A stretch of 64,000 bases of DNA from Brachyspira murdochii DSM 12563 (lineage in GTDB: Bacteria > Spirochaetota > Brachyspiria > Brachyspirales > Brachyspiraceae), in assembly GCF_000092845.1 (NCBI RefSeq), contig NC_014150.1, forward strand, positions 2,043,510 to 2,107,509. The letters are read 5' to 3'. Below are positions 39,127 through 48,039 of the stretch, one piece after another. A program made the translations under genes and the position numbers. The notes below the pieces were generated by a model. The model was not told where the DNA came from and searched no databases. It saw nothing but the letters and a program-made list of their open reading frames with translations. Position 1 is the first letter of the stretch. Each line of letters opens with the position of its first letter.

Positions 39127-40470
39127 ATGATTAATATGACACAAAATACTAAAAACATGGAAAAATCTTTTTTTAAGTATGTTTTGCCTGCAATAGCCTC
39201 TACTATGCTTGGAGGACTTTATATAGTTGTTGACGGTTTTTTCGTAGGAAATTCTATGGGGGATAATGGGCTTACCGCTATTAATTTGGTTTATCCAATA
39301 GGTACTTTGATTGCCGCATGTGCTGTTATGCTTGGCATGGGAGGCTCTGTTATAATGTCTACATATTTTGGAGGAGGAGATAGCAAAGGTTTTAATAAAG
39401 CTAAATCAAATACTTTTATTACTTTAATACTTGCAAGTGTTATATTAACTGTTATTTTGCTTTTATTAAAGAATAAATTAATATATCTTCTAGGTGCTAG
39501 AGATAATGTATTTAAACTTGCTGATGAATATATTACGGTTATAATATTAGGAGGAAGTTTTCAGATAATATCATACGGGATCATGCCTATGATAAGAAAT
39601 TTAGGAAAAACCATTCATGCAATGGCATTTATGGTAGCAGGGCTTATAACAAATATTATACTTGACTATTTATTTTTAATGGTTTTAAGATTAGGAATGT
39701 TTGGAGCTGCACTTGCTACAATAATAGCTGAAGGCATTGTTGCTTTGATATCTCTATATTATTTATTTATAAGAAAAAAATATAGAATAAAATTATCAGA
39801 CTTTGACTTATCAATGACTAAAAGAGCAATTCAAATAGGACTTTCGCCTTTTGGCTTGGTTATGGCACCCTCTTTGATAGTGATATTTAATAATTGGCAG
39901 TGTATAAAGTACGGAGGATATACAGCAGCTTCTGCATATTCGGTTATAAACTATATATACGGCTCTGTTATATATTTATTTGAAGGTATTGCTGAGGGCT
40001 GTCAGCCTATGATAAGCTATTTTAAAGGTGCTAAAAGAAATGATCTTATGAAAAAAGTATTTAAAAAAGGAGTATTATTTGCATTGATAATTGCCTCAAT
40101 TATTTTAAGTATAATTTTAATATTTAAAAATAATTTTGGTATTTTATTCGGTGCTTCTATAGAAACTAATGATATTATAAGCAAAGGATTAATTTTAATA
40201 TCTGTATCATTCATACTTCAGCCTATAGTAAGATTAGGAACAGCTTATTTTTATTCTTCGGGTGAAAGCAGATATTCGGCACTTTTAACTTATATAGATC
40301 CTTTATTCGTAAGTCCTTTATGTATATTAGTACTTCCTTTGTTTTTTAATCTTGACGGAGTATGGCTTGCATTGCCTTTTTCACAGTTTATATTAATTGT
40401 ATTATTTATATTTATTTTCTATAATACAAATATAAAAGATAAAGATTTTATAAAAAAGACAGTATATTAA
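39127..40470 (+). CDS. MATE family efflux transporter
   Basis: 447 aa with 12 predicted TM helices and the MATE N-terminal pattern KYVLPAIASTMLGGLYIVVDGFFVGN. Confidence 0.8.
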   Translation: MINMTQNTKNMEKSFFKYVLPAIASTMLGGLYIVVDGFFVGNSMGDNGLTAINLVYPIGTLIAACAVMLGMGGSVIMSTYFGGGDSKGFNKAKSNTFITLILASVILTVILLLLKNKLIYLLGARDNVFKLADEYITVIILGGSFQIISYGIMPMIRNLGKTIHAMAFMVAGLITNIILDYLFLMVLRLGMFGAALATIIAEGIVALISLYYLFIRKKYRIKLSDFDLSMTKRAIQIGLSPFGLVMAPSLIVIFNNWQCIKYGGYTAASAYSVINYIYGSVIYLFEGIAEGCQPMISYFKGAKRNDLMKKVFKKGVLFALIIASIILSIILIFKNNFGILFGASIETNDIISKGLILISVSFILQPIVRLGTAYFYSSGESRYSALLTYIDPLFVSPLCILVLPLFFNLDGVWLALPFSQFILIVLFIFIFYNTNIKDKDFIKKTVY

Positions 40471-40550
40471 AATAAATAGTTATAAGATAAATTAAAGATA
40501 TGGGCTTTAAATAATATAAAGATTAATTATTATTTAAAGCCTATAATTTT

Positions 40551-41528
40551 TTAAAAAATTACTGAAGATATAAACATAGATATAAGTTTTATTATTATCA
40601 ATAGGGCTAATGAAAATACAGCAGAAGTTAATATAAACTTATTAGCTTTTTCTATATGGCTTATTTTTAGATCTTCTAAATATTCACCTACTAAAGGTCT
40701 GTCGTACATTTCACCATCTTTTATATATTCTCCTCCAAGCTCTATATTGAGTGCTCCTGCAACACTTGCTTCCAATCTTGCTTTATTATTTTTTCCGTCT
40801 CTTTTTAATGCTGTAAAGGCATTTTTATATTCATATCTTAATATTCTTGATGTTATAATATGAACAATAGATGTAAAGAAAGAAGGTATTATATTTAATA
40901 TATAGCATAGTTTTATATTAAATATTCCAAATATATCATCGCTTTTATTTTCATCTATATATACAGTGTCTGAAGAACTTTCAGATAATTTATAAATGGT
41001 TTTATACGCTATACAAAGAGGAGCTCCTCCCAAAAGTAAAAATATTGCAGGATATATATAATCTTCAGCAATGCTTATTACAGTATATTCAATAGTATTT
41101 TTAATAATCTGTTCTTCTTCAATATCTTCTGTATCTATATCAGTATTTTCTTTGAGCAGAGATTTTGCCTTTTTTATATCATTATTTTTTAAGCTATGAT
41201 ATATACGAGAGCTAATCTCTAGCGGCTTTCTAATGCCCAATGTAATATAACATAATGCCAATTCTATTATCAAGCCTAAAAGAAAATGAACTTTGTATAA
41301 AAGCATTAAAAGAAAAAAAGGTATTAAAAAACATACGGCTATGATTATTAAAGAGGATAATGTTCCTACAGCAAATGGAAGTATATTATTTTTATTATTT
41401 ACTTTTTTTCTAAATAAATCTTCAGCTATAAAATGAAGTCTTGATACAAATACAAAAGGATCAAATTTTACATTTTTAATAAATATATTTAGAAGAAAAG
41501 ATATAGGTAATATTAAAAGTATTTTCAT
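40551..41528 (-). CDS. cobD: adenosylcobinamide-phosphate synthase CobD/CbiB
   Basis: The segment NTIEYTVISIAEDYIYPAIFLLLGGAPLCIAYKTIYKL matches the CbiB core, and AGALNIELGGEYIKDGEMYDRPLVG matches its C-terminal motif. It is a multi-TM protein. Confidence 0.6.
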   Translation of the reverse strand: MKILLILPISFLLNIFIKNVKFDPFVFVSRLHFIAEDLFRKKVNNKNNILPFAVGTLSSLIIIAVCFLIPFFLLMLLYKVHFLLGLIIELALCYITLGIRKPLEISSRIYHSLKNNDIKKAKSLLKENTDIDTEDIEEEQIIKNTIEYTVISIAEDYIYPAIFLLLGGAPLCIAYKTIYKLSESSSDTVYIDENKSDDIFGIFNIKLCYILNIIPSFFTSIVHIITSRILRYEYKNAFTALKRDGKNNKARLEASVAGALNIELGGEYIKDGEMYDRPLVGEYLEDLKISHIEKANKFILTSAVFSLALLIIIKLISMFISSVIF

Positions 41529-41575
41529 GTTAATTTATTCCAAATTAAAAGTTATTACTAATAATCATCGTAAAA

Positions 41576-42160
41576 TTAGAACTTTTCTATAATATTTATA
41601 TTATTTTTATCATCTATTTCTGTATAATAACCGCATCCGTTTTGTAAAAGATATTCATAGAAGCCTAATTTCTGAGTATCAAATATGCTGAATATAGACA
41701 TAATAACACCCCCATGACTTACTACAGAAGTATAATCCATGTTATTTTTTTTCATATCTTCTATAATATATAGATATGCTTTTTCTGTTCTGCTAAAGAA
41801 ATTTTCGGAAGTTTCTCCATTAGGTACATTGCTTTTCCAATTAGTTCTAAAAAACTCTTTATAATAAGGATTATCTTTTAATTCATCATGATTTTTTCCT
41901 TCAAAATCTCCGAAACTTCTTTCTCTCAAATCATTTAACACTTCTTTTGTCATATCATTAAAGTATATATCAGCAGTTTCCAAGCATCTTTTAAGAGGAC
42001 TGCAGTATAATTTTTGAACTGGTTTATATTTTTCTATAATGCTTTTTTTGTTTATAAGAAAATTTTTTCCAGCTTCAGATAATGGAGCATCAGTAGAGCC
42101 TAGCCATCTTCCTTCAGCATTTAATTTTGTTTGCCCATGACGTATAAATAGTATTTTCAT
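41576..42160 (-). CDS. cobC: histidine phosphatase family protein, probable alpha-ribazole phosphatase
   Basis: The N-terminal RHG catalytic motif (MKILFIRHGQT). It is adjacent to cobD. Confidence 0.5.
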   Translation of the reverse strand: MKILFIRHGQTKLNAEGRWLGSTDAPLSEAGKNFLINKKSIIEKYKPVQKLYCSPLKRCLETADIYFNDMTKEVLNDLRERSFGDFEGKNHDELKDNPYYKEFFRTNWKSNVPNGETSENFFSRTEKAYLYIIEDMKKNNMDYTSVVSHGGVIMSIFSIFDTQKLGFYEYLLQNGCGYYTEIDDKNNINIIEKF

Positions 42161-42195
42161 AATGATTACTCCATTTAAAAATTAATTTGTTCAGC

Positions 42196-42238
42196 GTTTA
42201 AGTTTACATTATAATAGCAGTTTATTTTTTTTCAATAA
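42196..42238. repeat. 43-bp direct repeat, copy 1 (GTTTAAGTTTACATTATAATAGCAGTTTATTTTTTTTCAATAA)
   Basis: Identical apart from one T in the T-run to 44282-44323. The reverse complement carries TTGAAA-N16-TATAAT, a plausible cobC promoter. Confidence 0.7.
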
Positions 42239-42304
42239 CATTATTATATTATTTTTATAACTTATAAAATTATGTAAAAATAGTATGCAGGTGTATAAAT
42301 ATTA

Positions 42305-42333
42305 TTGACAAATATAGTTATAGAATATAGAAT
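42305..42333 (+). promoter_or_regulatory. sigma70 promoter TTGACA-N17-TAGAAT
   Basis: aTTGACAaatatagttatagaataTAGAATg. The predicted transcription start lies ~25 nt before the pentanucleotide array. Confidence 0.5.
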
Positions 42334-42363
42334 GTGAGAACTATAATTTGGGCATGTTTATGA

Positions 42364-42482
42364 ACAACACAACACAACACAACACAACACAACACAACAC
42401 AACACAACACAACACAACACAACACAACACAACACAACACAACACAACACAACACAACACAACACAACACAACACAACACAA
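42364..42482. repeat. perfect pentanucleotide microsatellite (ACAAC)23 plus a partial unit
   Basis: Units counted by hand from 42364 to 42478 with no interruption. The ORF-track frame 42348-42617 reads it as eight NTTQH units. Confidence 0.95.
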
Positions 42483-42642
42483 TTATCTAATCTAATATTT
42501 CTATTTTTCAATAAAATCAATATTTACTTTTTAGCTATAAAAACATATTCCCATAATGTTATCTTTATTAATATAAAAAAACACTATTTATTAATATCTT
42601 ATATGAAAAATAATTAATATAAATATTGTAGGAGAATGAATT

Positions 42643-44151
42643 ATGAAAAAACTATTATCTATTATTTTATTGATTACAAGCATTTTATCTCTATCCTGTA
42701 ATCATAATAAGTTAAACTCTTCATTAACTAGTTCTATTGGTAAAGTTGGTGAAATAACAGTTAATCCGCTTGGGGTTACACCATTATCGGCAGTTTATAC
42801 AACAGAAACTGTAAATGCTGCCCCTATAACAGTAACAGTTAAAGGTTTATATGGAGAGCCAGACATAATACACACTTATCCAGCAGGTTATGGTACTGAA
42901 TTTGAAATACATGGTATGTTTCCAGAGTCGCAAAATACTATTGAAGTAAATGATGGCGGAAGGATTATAACTAAAAATATTAATATTGGAAGTTTATCTA
43001 CAAGTGATAATACAACTATACAAAAACAGTACAATGTGGAAATTAATGAACTTTCTGAAGAAAAATATACTAATAATCCTGAACTCTATTTTATTATAAA
43101 TGCTACTTTCCCATTTCATATAGCAATATCAAAGAATGGTTATACAAGATATTTACAGAGTGGTTTAAGAGGATCAAAGTTGGTAATTGAAAATAAAAAA
43201 ATTGTATTATATCCTATGTATGATTATAAAAATACTGATTTATTAGGAAACATATTAATAAATTATCCAACTCAAGTTCATCATGATGTTATAAAGGTTA
43301 ATAACAATTATCTTTATTTATCATATTCAACTTGGGGATCAGAGGATAGATTAGTAGAAATAGATAGTTCTGGTAAAAAGTTAAGAGAATTAAGTTTTGG
43401 AAAATTAATACAAAATACTTTAGATTTAAATACTTATAAAGAAGATGAAGCAATATTCAAACAAATAGTATTTGGAGAAGATGTAAATAATATTTATGTA
43501 GATAGCAGTGGACAGAAACAAGCTGTAGATTGGTTCCATGCCAATTCCATAGTTTATGATTCTAGTACTGATACATTATATGTTTCTTCAAGAACTAGAG
43601 GAGTATTTGCTATAGATTATAGTGAATGGAAATTAATTTGGTGGATGGCTGATGATGCATTATCTTCAGGTATTGTAAATGATACTCATTTAAATAAATT
43701 AGCTTCTTTAGGTCCCTATAGAGTAAAAGGTGCAGGAAAAGATGACGGACCAAAAAATCAGCATGCTTTATTTTTGTTTGCTAATGGTAATTTAGGTATG
43801 TTTGATAATCAAGGAAATCAAGCTATTAACCCTAATGGTTCAAGATATGTTGAGTATACAATAACAGGTACTCATGGTAATTATACAGCTCAAAAAGTTT
43901 ATGAGTATAGAGATAGTTCTTTATATTCACAAATTATGTCAGATGTTGATTTTATAGGAGAAAATTATCAAAATTTATTATTAACATATTCATGGCAAAC
44001 TGCTAGGATTGTTGAAGCAGAAAAGAATACTAAGAGTGTATTATTTAGATTGGATTTACCATTTGAGACATATAGAGTAGATAAATTACCTTTGTATTAT
44101 GATGAAGGAAGGGTTTATTCAGAAGACTGCAACTTGAAAAATCCTAATTAA
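42643..44151 (+). CDS. lipoprotein, arylsulfotransferase (ASST)-like beta-propeller family
   Basis: Signal peptide plus Cys (LSLSC). QVHHDV and DWFHANSIVYDSSTDTLYVSSRTRGVFAIDYSEWKLIWW resemble ASST family motifs. An AGGAGA ribosome-binding site precedes the start. Confidence 0.45.
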   Translation: MKKLLSIILLITSILSLSCNHNKLNSSLTSSIGKVGEITVNPLGVTPLSAVYTTETVNAAPITVTVKGLYGEPDIIHTYPAGYGTEFEIHGMFPESQNTIEVNDGGRIITKNINIGSLSTSDNTTIQKQYNVEINELSEEKYTNNPELYFIINATFPFHIAISKNGYTRYLQSGLRGSKLVIENKKIVLYPMYDYKNTDLLGNILINYPTQVHHDVIKVNNNYLYLSYSTWGSEDRLVEIDSSGKKLRELSFGKLIQNTLDLNTYKEDEAIFKQIVFGEDVNNIYVDSSGQKQAVDWFHANSIVYDSSTDTLYVSSRTRGVFAIDYSEWKLIWWMADDALSSGIVNDTHLNKLASLGPYRVKGAGKDDGPKNQHALFLFANGNLGMFDNQGNQAINPNGSRYVEYTITGTHGNYTAQKVYEYRDSSLYSQIMSDVDFIGENYQNLLLTYSWQTARIVEAEKNTKSVLFRLDLPFETYRVDKLPLYYDEGRVYSEDCNLKNPN

Positions 44152-44281
44152 TTCTAATCTAACAAATGAAATAAAGTCTTGATTACAGTAATGTAGTTGA
44201 GCCTTTTTATTTCATTTTTAATATTATTGTACGATTAAATTTTTGTAATGAATATTCCATTTTTTAATTAGTTTCTTTAGT

Positions 44282-44323
44282 GTTTAAGTTTACATTATAA
44301 TAGCAGTTTATTTTTTTCAATAA
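44282..44323. repeat. 43-bp direct repeat, copy 2
   Basis: GTTTAAGTTTACATTATAATAGCAGTTTATTTTTTTCAATAA. Together with copy 1 it brackets the promoter-microsatellite-lipoprotein cassette. Confidence 0.7.
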
Positions 44324-44426
44324 AATAATGTAATTTTTTAAATTTGGTATTTTACACTTAAAATATATTATTTTTAAAAAAGTTCAATATAGGTACGGTA
44401 TGTATTAAAAATACTGTAAAAAATAA

Positions 44427-44455
44427 TTGACAATTTATGTAATTTGTGTTATAAT
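44427..44455 (+). promoter_or_regulatory. consensus sigma70 promoter TTGACA-N17-TATAAT
   Basis: aTTGACAatttatgtaatttgtgtTATAATc. It lies upstream of hppA. Confidence 0.55.
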
Positions 44456-44496
44456 CCAAAACTGTAAAATTTTCACCAAAATTTAAAAAATAGGGT

Positions 44497-46899
44497 ATGT
44501 GTATGAATTATGAAATATTAGCTGAAAATGCCCGCTTCTTTACAATATCAGCGGCAATACTCACATTGGCTTTCGCATTCTATTTTTATAAATGGATGCG
44601 TAAACAGGACGAAGGTAATGAAACTATGAAAGAAATAGCTTCGCATGTACGCTCCGGTGCTATAGCTTATCTTAAACAACAGTATAAAGTTATAGCTTTC
44701 TTTTTTGCAGGAGCTTTCATTATTTTTGCTGTTCTTTCTTATGCATTAAAAGTGCAAAACCCTTTCATTCCTATAGGTTTTTTAACAGGCGGTTTCTTCT
44801 CAACTCTTTCTGGTTTCTTGGGTATGAAAACTGCTACTTATGCATCTGCTAGAACTGCTAATGCAGCAAGCAAATCATTAAACGAAGGTTTAACAATAGC
44901 TTTCCGTTCAGGTGCTGTTATGGGACTTACTGTTGTAGGTCTTGCTTTGTTTGACATCTCTTTATGGTTTATAGTGTTAAATTTATGGCTTGATAATAGT
45001 CTTTTCGGTACAGACTTCCTTAATTTGGCTGCTACTGGAATAACTAAAGGTACTGCTGAATACACTGCTGCTAAAATGCACTTTGTAACTACTACAATGC
45101 TTAGCTTTGGTGTAGGTGCTTCTTTCCAAGCATTGTTTGCACGTGTCGGAGGCGGTATATTTACTAAAGCTGCTGACGTTGGTGCTGACTTAGTTGGTAA
45201 AGTAGAAGCTGGAATACCTGAAGATGACCCTAGAAACCCTGCTGTTATAGCTGACAACGTAGGCGATAACGTAGGTGACGTTGCTGGTATGGGTGCCGAC
45301 CTTTATGAATCTTATGCAGGTTCTATACTTGCTGCTATGAGTTTGGGTTCTGCTGCTTTCGGATATATTAATCCTGATGTAAGCCCAATATTTGCTGTAT
45401 CGCTCCCTATGATACTTGCTGCTATTGGTACTCTTTCTTCTATTATAGGTGTATTCTTCGTTAAAACTAAAGAAGGTGCTACTATGGGAGAATTATTAAA
45501 ATCTTTAAGAGTTGGTGTTTATGTAAGCAGTGCTATTATTATAGTTGTTTCTTTCCTACTTGTAAAAGCACTTCTTCCAAACAATTTGGGATTATTTGTT
45601 TCTATCATTGTAGGGCTTATAGCTGGTAATGTAGTTGGTTTCTTCACAGAATACTATACAGCTGCTGAATACAAACCTACTCAATGGGTAGCTGAACAAT
45701 CTAAAACTGGTCCTGCTACTGTTATTATAGGCGGACTTGCTGTAGGTATGCAGTCTACTTTGATACCTGTTGTTACAGTTGTTATCTCTATAATGTTGGC
45801 ATTTGGTTTTGCTGGCGGTTTCGGTGCTGAAGCTTCTTCTTTCTCTCAAGGTTTATATGGTATTGCTTTGGCTTCTGTTGGTATGTTATCTACTTTAGGT
45901 ATCACATTAGCTACTGATGCTTATGGTCCTATAGCTGACAATGCAGGCGGTAATGCTGAAATGTCTGGTCTTCCAGAAAGTGTTAGAGAAAGAACTGATG
46001 CTTTAGACTCTTTAGGCAACACTACTGCTGCTACTGGTAAAGGTTTTGCTATATGTTCTGCTGCTTTAACTGCTATGGCTTTGATTGCTGCTTATATTGA
46101 GGAAATTAAAACTTCTTTGGGAAGAATGATTAATTCTGGAAATCTTACTTCTATAGATATAGGTACTGTTCAATATACTGCTAACAGTGCTAAGGAATTA
46201 TATGACAAAGTTGTTTATAGTTTGGGTATGAATGAGTTTATGAATGCTTTCAATATTCACTTGATGAACCCTAAAGTATTAATAGGTATATTTATTGGTG
46301 CTATGTTAGTATTCTTCTTCTGTGCTTTAACTATGAAAGCTGTTGGACGTGCTGCTGCAGGCGTTGTAGAAGAAGTTAGAAGACAGTTTAGAGAAATTAA
46401 AGGCTTACTTGCTGGTGAAAAAGGTGTAAAAGCTGATTATGAAAAAGCTGTTCAAATCTGTACTAAATCAGCTCAAAAAGAGATGATTGTTCCTTCTGTA
46501 CTTGCTATAATAGTACCTGTTGTAGTTGGTTTCTTATTCGGAGTACCTGCTGTTATAGGTATGTTGGTAGGCGGTTTGACTGCCGGATTTGCTATGGCTG
46601 TTATGATGTCTAATGCTGGCGGTGCTTGGGATAATGCTAAAAAATACATTGAAGCTGGTAATTTGGGCGGTAAAAAAATCATAGATCCAAAAACTGGAGA
46701 AAAAATTACTAACCCTAACCATGCTGCTGCTGTTATAGGTGATACCGTTGGTGACCCATTCAAAGATACTTCCGGACCTTCAATCAACATTCTTATCAAA
46801 TTAATGAGCTTGATAAGTGTTGTATTTGCTGGTGCAATAGTAGCTTTCTCACCAAAAATTCAGGCTCTATTAGGTATAGCTGATCAAATTATTAAATAA
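44497..46899 (+). CDS. hppA: membrane-bound H+/Na+-translocating pyrophosphatase
   Basis: 800 aa with 15-16 TM helices and the signature GGGIFTKAADVGADLVGKVE...DNVGDNVGDVAGMGADL. Confidence 0.9.
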   Translation: MCMNYEILAENARFFTISAAILTLAFAFYFYKWMRKQDEGNETMKEIASHVRSGAIAYLKQQYKVIAFFFAGAFIIFAVLSYALKVQNPFIPIGFLTGGFFSTLSGFLGMKTATYASARTANAASKSLNEGLTIAFRSGAVMGLTVVGLALFDISLWFIVLNLWLDNSLFGTDFLNLAATGITKGTAEYTAAKMHFVTTTMLSFGVGASFQALFARVGGGIFTKAADVGADLVGKVEAGIPEDDPRNPAVIADNVGDNVGDVAGMGADLYESYAGSILAAMSLGSAAFGYINPDVSPIFAVSLPMILAAIGTLSSIIGVFFVKTKEGATMGELLKSLRVGVYVSSAIIIVVSFLLVKALLPNNLGLFVSIIVGLIAGNVVGFFTEYYTAAEYKPTQWVAEQSKTGPATVIIGGLAVGMQSTLIPVVTVVISIMLAFGFAGGFGAEASSFSQGLYGIALASVGMLSTLGITLATDAYGPIADNAGGNAEMSGLPESVRERTDALDSLGNTTAATGKGFAICSAALTAMALIAAYIEEIKTSLGRMINSGNLTSIDIGTVQYTANSAKELYDKVVYSLGMNEFMNAFNIHLMNPKVLIGIFIGAMLVFFFCALTMKAVGRAAAGVVEEVRRQFREIKGLLAGEKGVKADYEKAVQICTKSAQKEMIVPSVLAIIVPVVVGFLFGVPAVIGMLVGGLTAGFAMAVMMSNAGGAWDNAKKYIEAGNLGGKKIIDPKTGEKITNPNHAAAVIGDTVGDPFKDTSGPSINILIKLMSLISVVFAGAIVAFSPKIQALLGIADQIIK

Positions 46900-46924
46900 T
46901 AACTTTATTTAATATTAAATATAT

Positions 46925-46961
46925 AAGCTGTCTGACTTTAATTAGTTGGGCAGCTTTTTTT
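46925..46961 (+). terminator. weak terminator-like hairpin after hppA
   Basis: AAGCTG (20-nt loop) CAGCTT is followed by TTTTTTGTTTT. Confidence 0.3.
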
Positions 46962-47043
46962 GTTTTAATTATTATTGTGTTTGAAGTAATTTACAATATC
47001 CATTTTATTTTGTTATTTTAAATGTTGCTACTTTGGATTTATT

Positions 47044-47799
47044 ATGAAGTTTATAAAATATTTTTTATTTGTAAACATTTTAATTATAACTATTACATAT
47101 ACTGCTTTTGCTAGTTTAGAGATAAATTTTCAAGGACATTATGGAATTGTTTTTCCGTTTAATTCTATAAAAGTAAATGATAATTATAAGAACACTATTT
47201 ATGACAGTGTTGATGGTACTTTATGTTTTGAAGGAACTTTGTTTTTACAAATAGGAAATTATTTTAAATTATTTGAAGATGATTATACAAGCATTATTAA
47301 AGGTGTGAGTTTATTTGGAGATATTGGTTTTAGTATTAATGCTTTGATGTCTGATTATAAAGAGAATAATAATAAATATATGGAACTTATGGCATTCTAT
47401 TCTATAATGGTTGGAGCAGCTGTTAAATTAAATTTCAGTAAAATGTCTATAGGATTTGGTACAGGAATAATAGCTCCTTTATATGCTGTTGTTTCTTCAA
47501 GTAAATATGGCGGGGTTATGTCAGCACCTAATGATTTAGATAATTGGAATGTTAATGATATGAGAAATCTTTTTAAAGCTCCTATAATGCCTTACATAAA
47601 ACTTACTGTTGAAGGATTTATATATTTAGTTCCTAATTTTGCCGTTACTCTTGGAGGCTATATGATGTATAATTTTGGTATGCAGTACAAAACTGATGTT
47701 GTTAATAGCAATTTAGGCAACAATATATATAATAAATATAATTTTTCTTCTCTTTCTATAGGATTAGTTTTGGGTATATCTTTGGGCAGATATAATTGA
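47044..47799 (+). CDS. hypothetical secreted/outer-membrane-like protein, paralog of 10113-10964
   Basis: 251 aa with a hydrophobic leader and shared motifs (see 10113-10964). Confidence 0.4.
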   Translation: MKFIKYFLFVNILIITITYTAFASLEINFQGHYGIVFPFNSIKVNDNYKNTIYDSVDGTLCFEGTLFLQIGNYFKLFEDDYTSIIKGVSLFGDIGFSINALMSDYKENNNKYMELMAFYSIMVGAAVKLNFSKMSIGFGTGIIAPLYAVVSSSKYGGVMSAPNDLDNWNVNDMRNLFKAPIMPYIKLTVEGFIYLVPNFAVTLGGYMMYNFGMQYKTDVVNSNLGNNIYNKYNFSSLSIGLVLGISLGRYN

Positions 47800-48039
47800 T
47801 ATATTCACACTCTTATTTTAGTTTTTATATGAAATTATTAAAAAAAATTTACTTTATACGCTATAAAAGTAAAAAAAATATGTTTTTATTTGACTTTATA
47901 TGATTATAATTTATAATATACTTCTGAAATAATCAAAAAGTATTCATTTCTATTTAGAATATTATTTCAACTATTTTTTAATTCTATTAATAATTATTAT
48001 TAATTTTTTATAAAAATTAGATATTGGAAAGGAAAATCT

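Noticed and set aside
42364-42482. Possibility that the tandem array is a CRISPR array
   Set aside because: The unit is 5 nt with no spacers, so it is a microsatellite. No cas genes are present.
42348-42617. 89-aa ORF MGMFMNNTTQH(NTTQH)n... from the ORF track
   Set aside because: Its length is created by the pentanucleotide array. There is no convincing ribosome-binding site. It starts at TTG just after the predicted transcription start. It is kept only as a possible upstream ORF in the microsatellite finding, not as a protein-coding gene.
46925-46961. A strong terminator call after hppA
   Set aside because: Only a 6-bp stem with a 20-nt loop, so it is retained as a low-confidence feature only.
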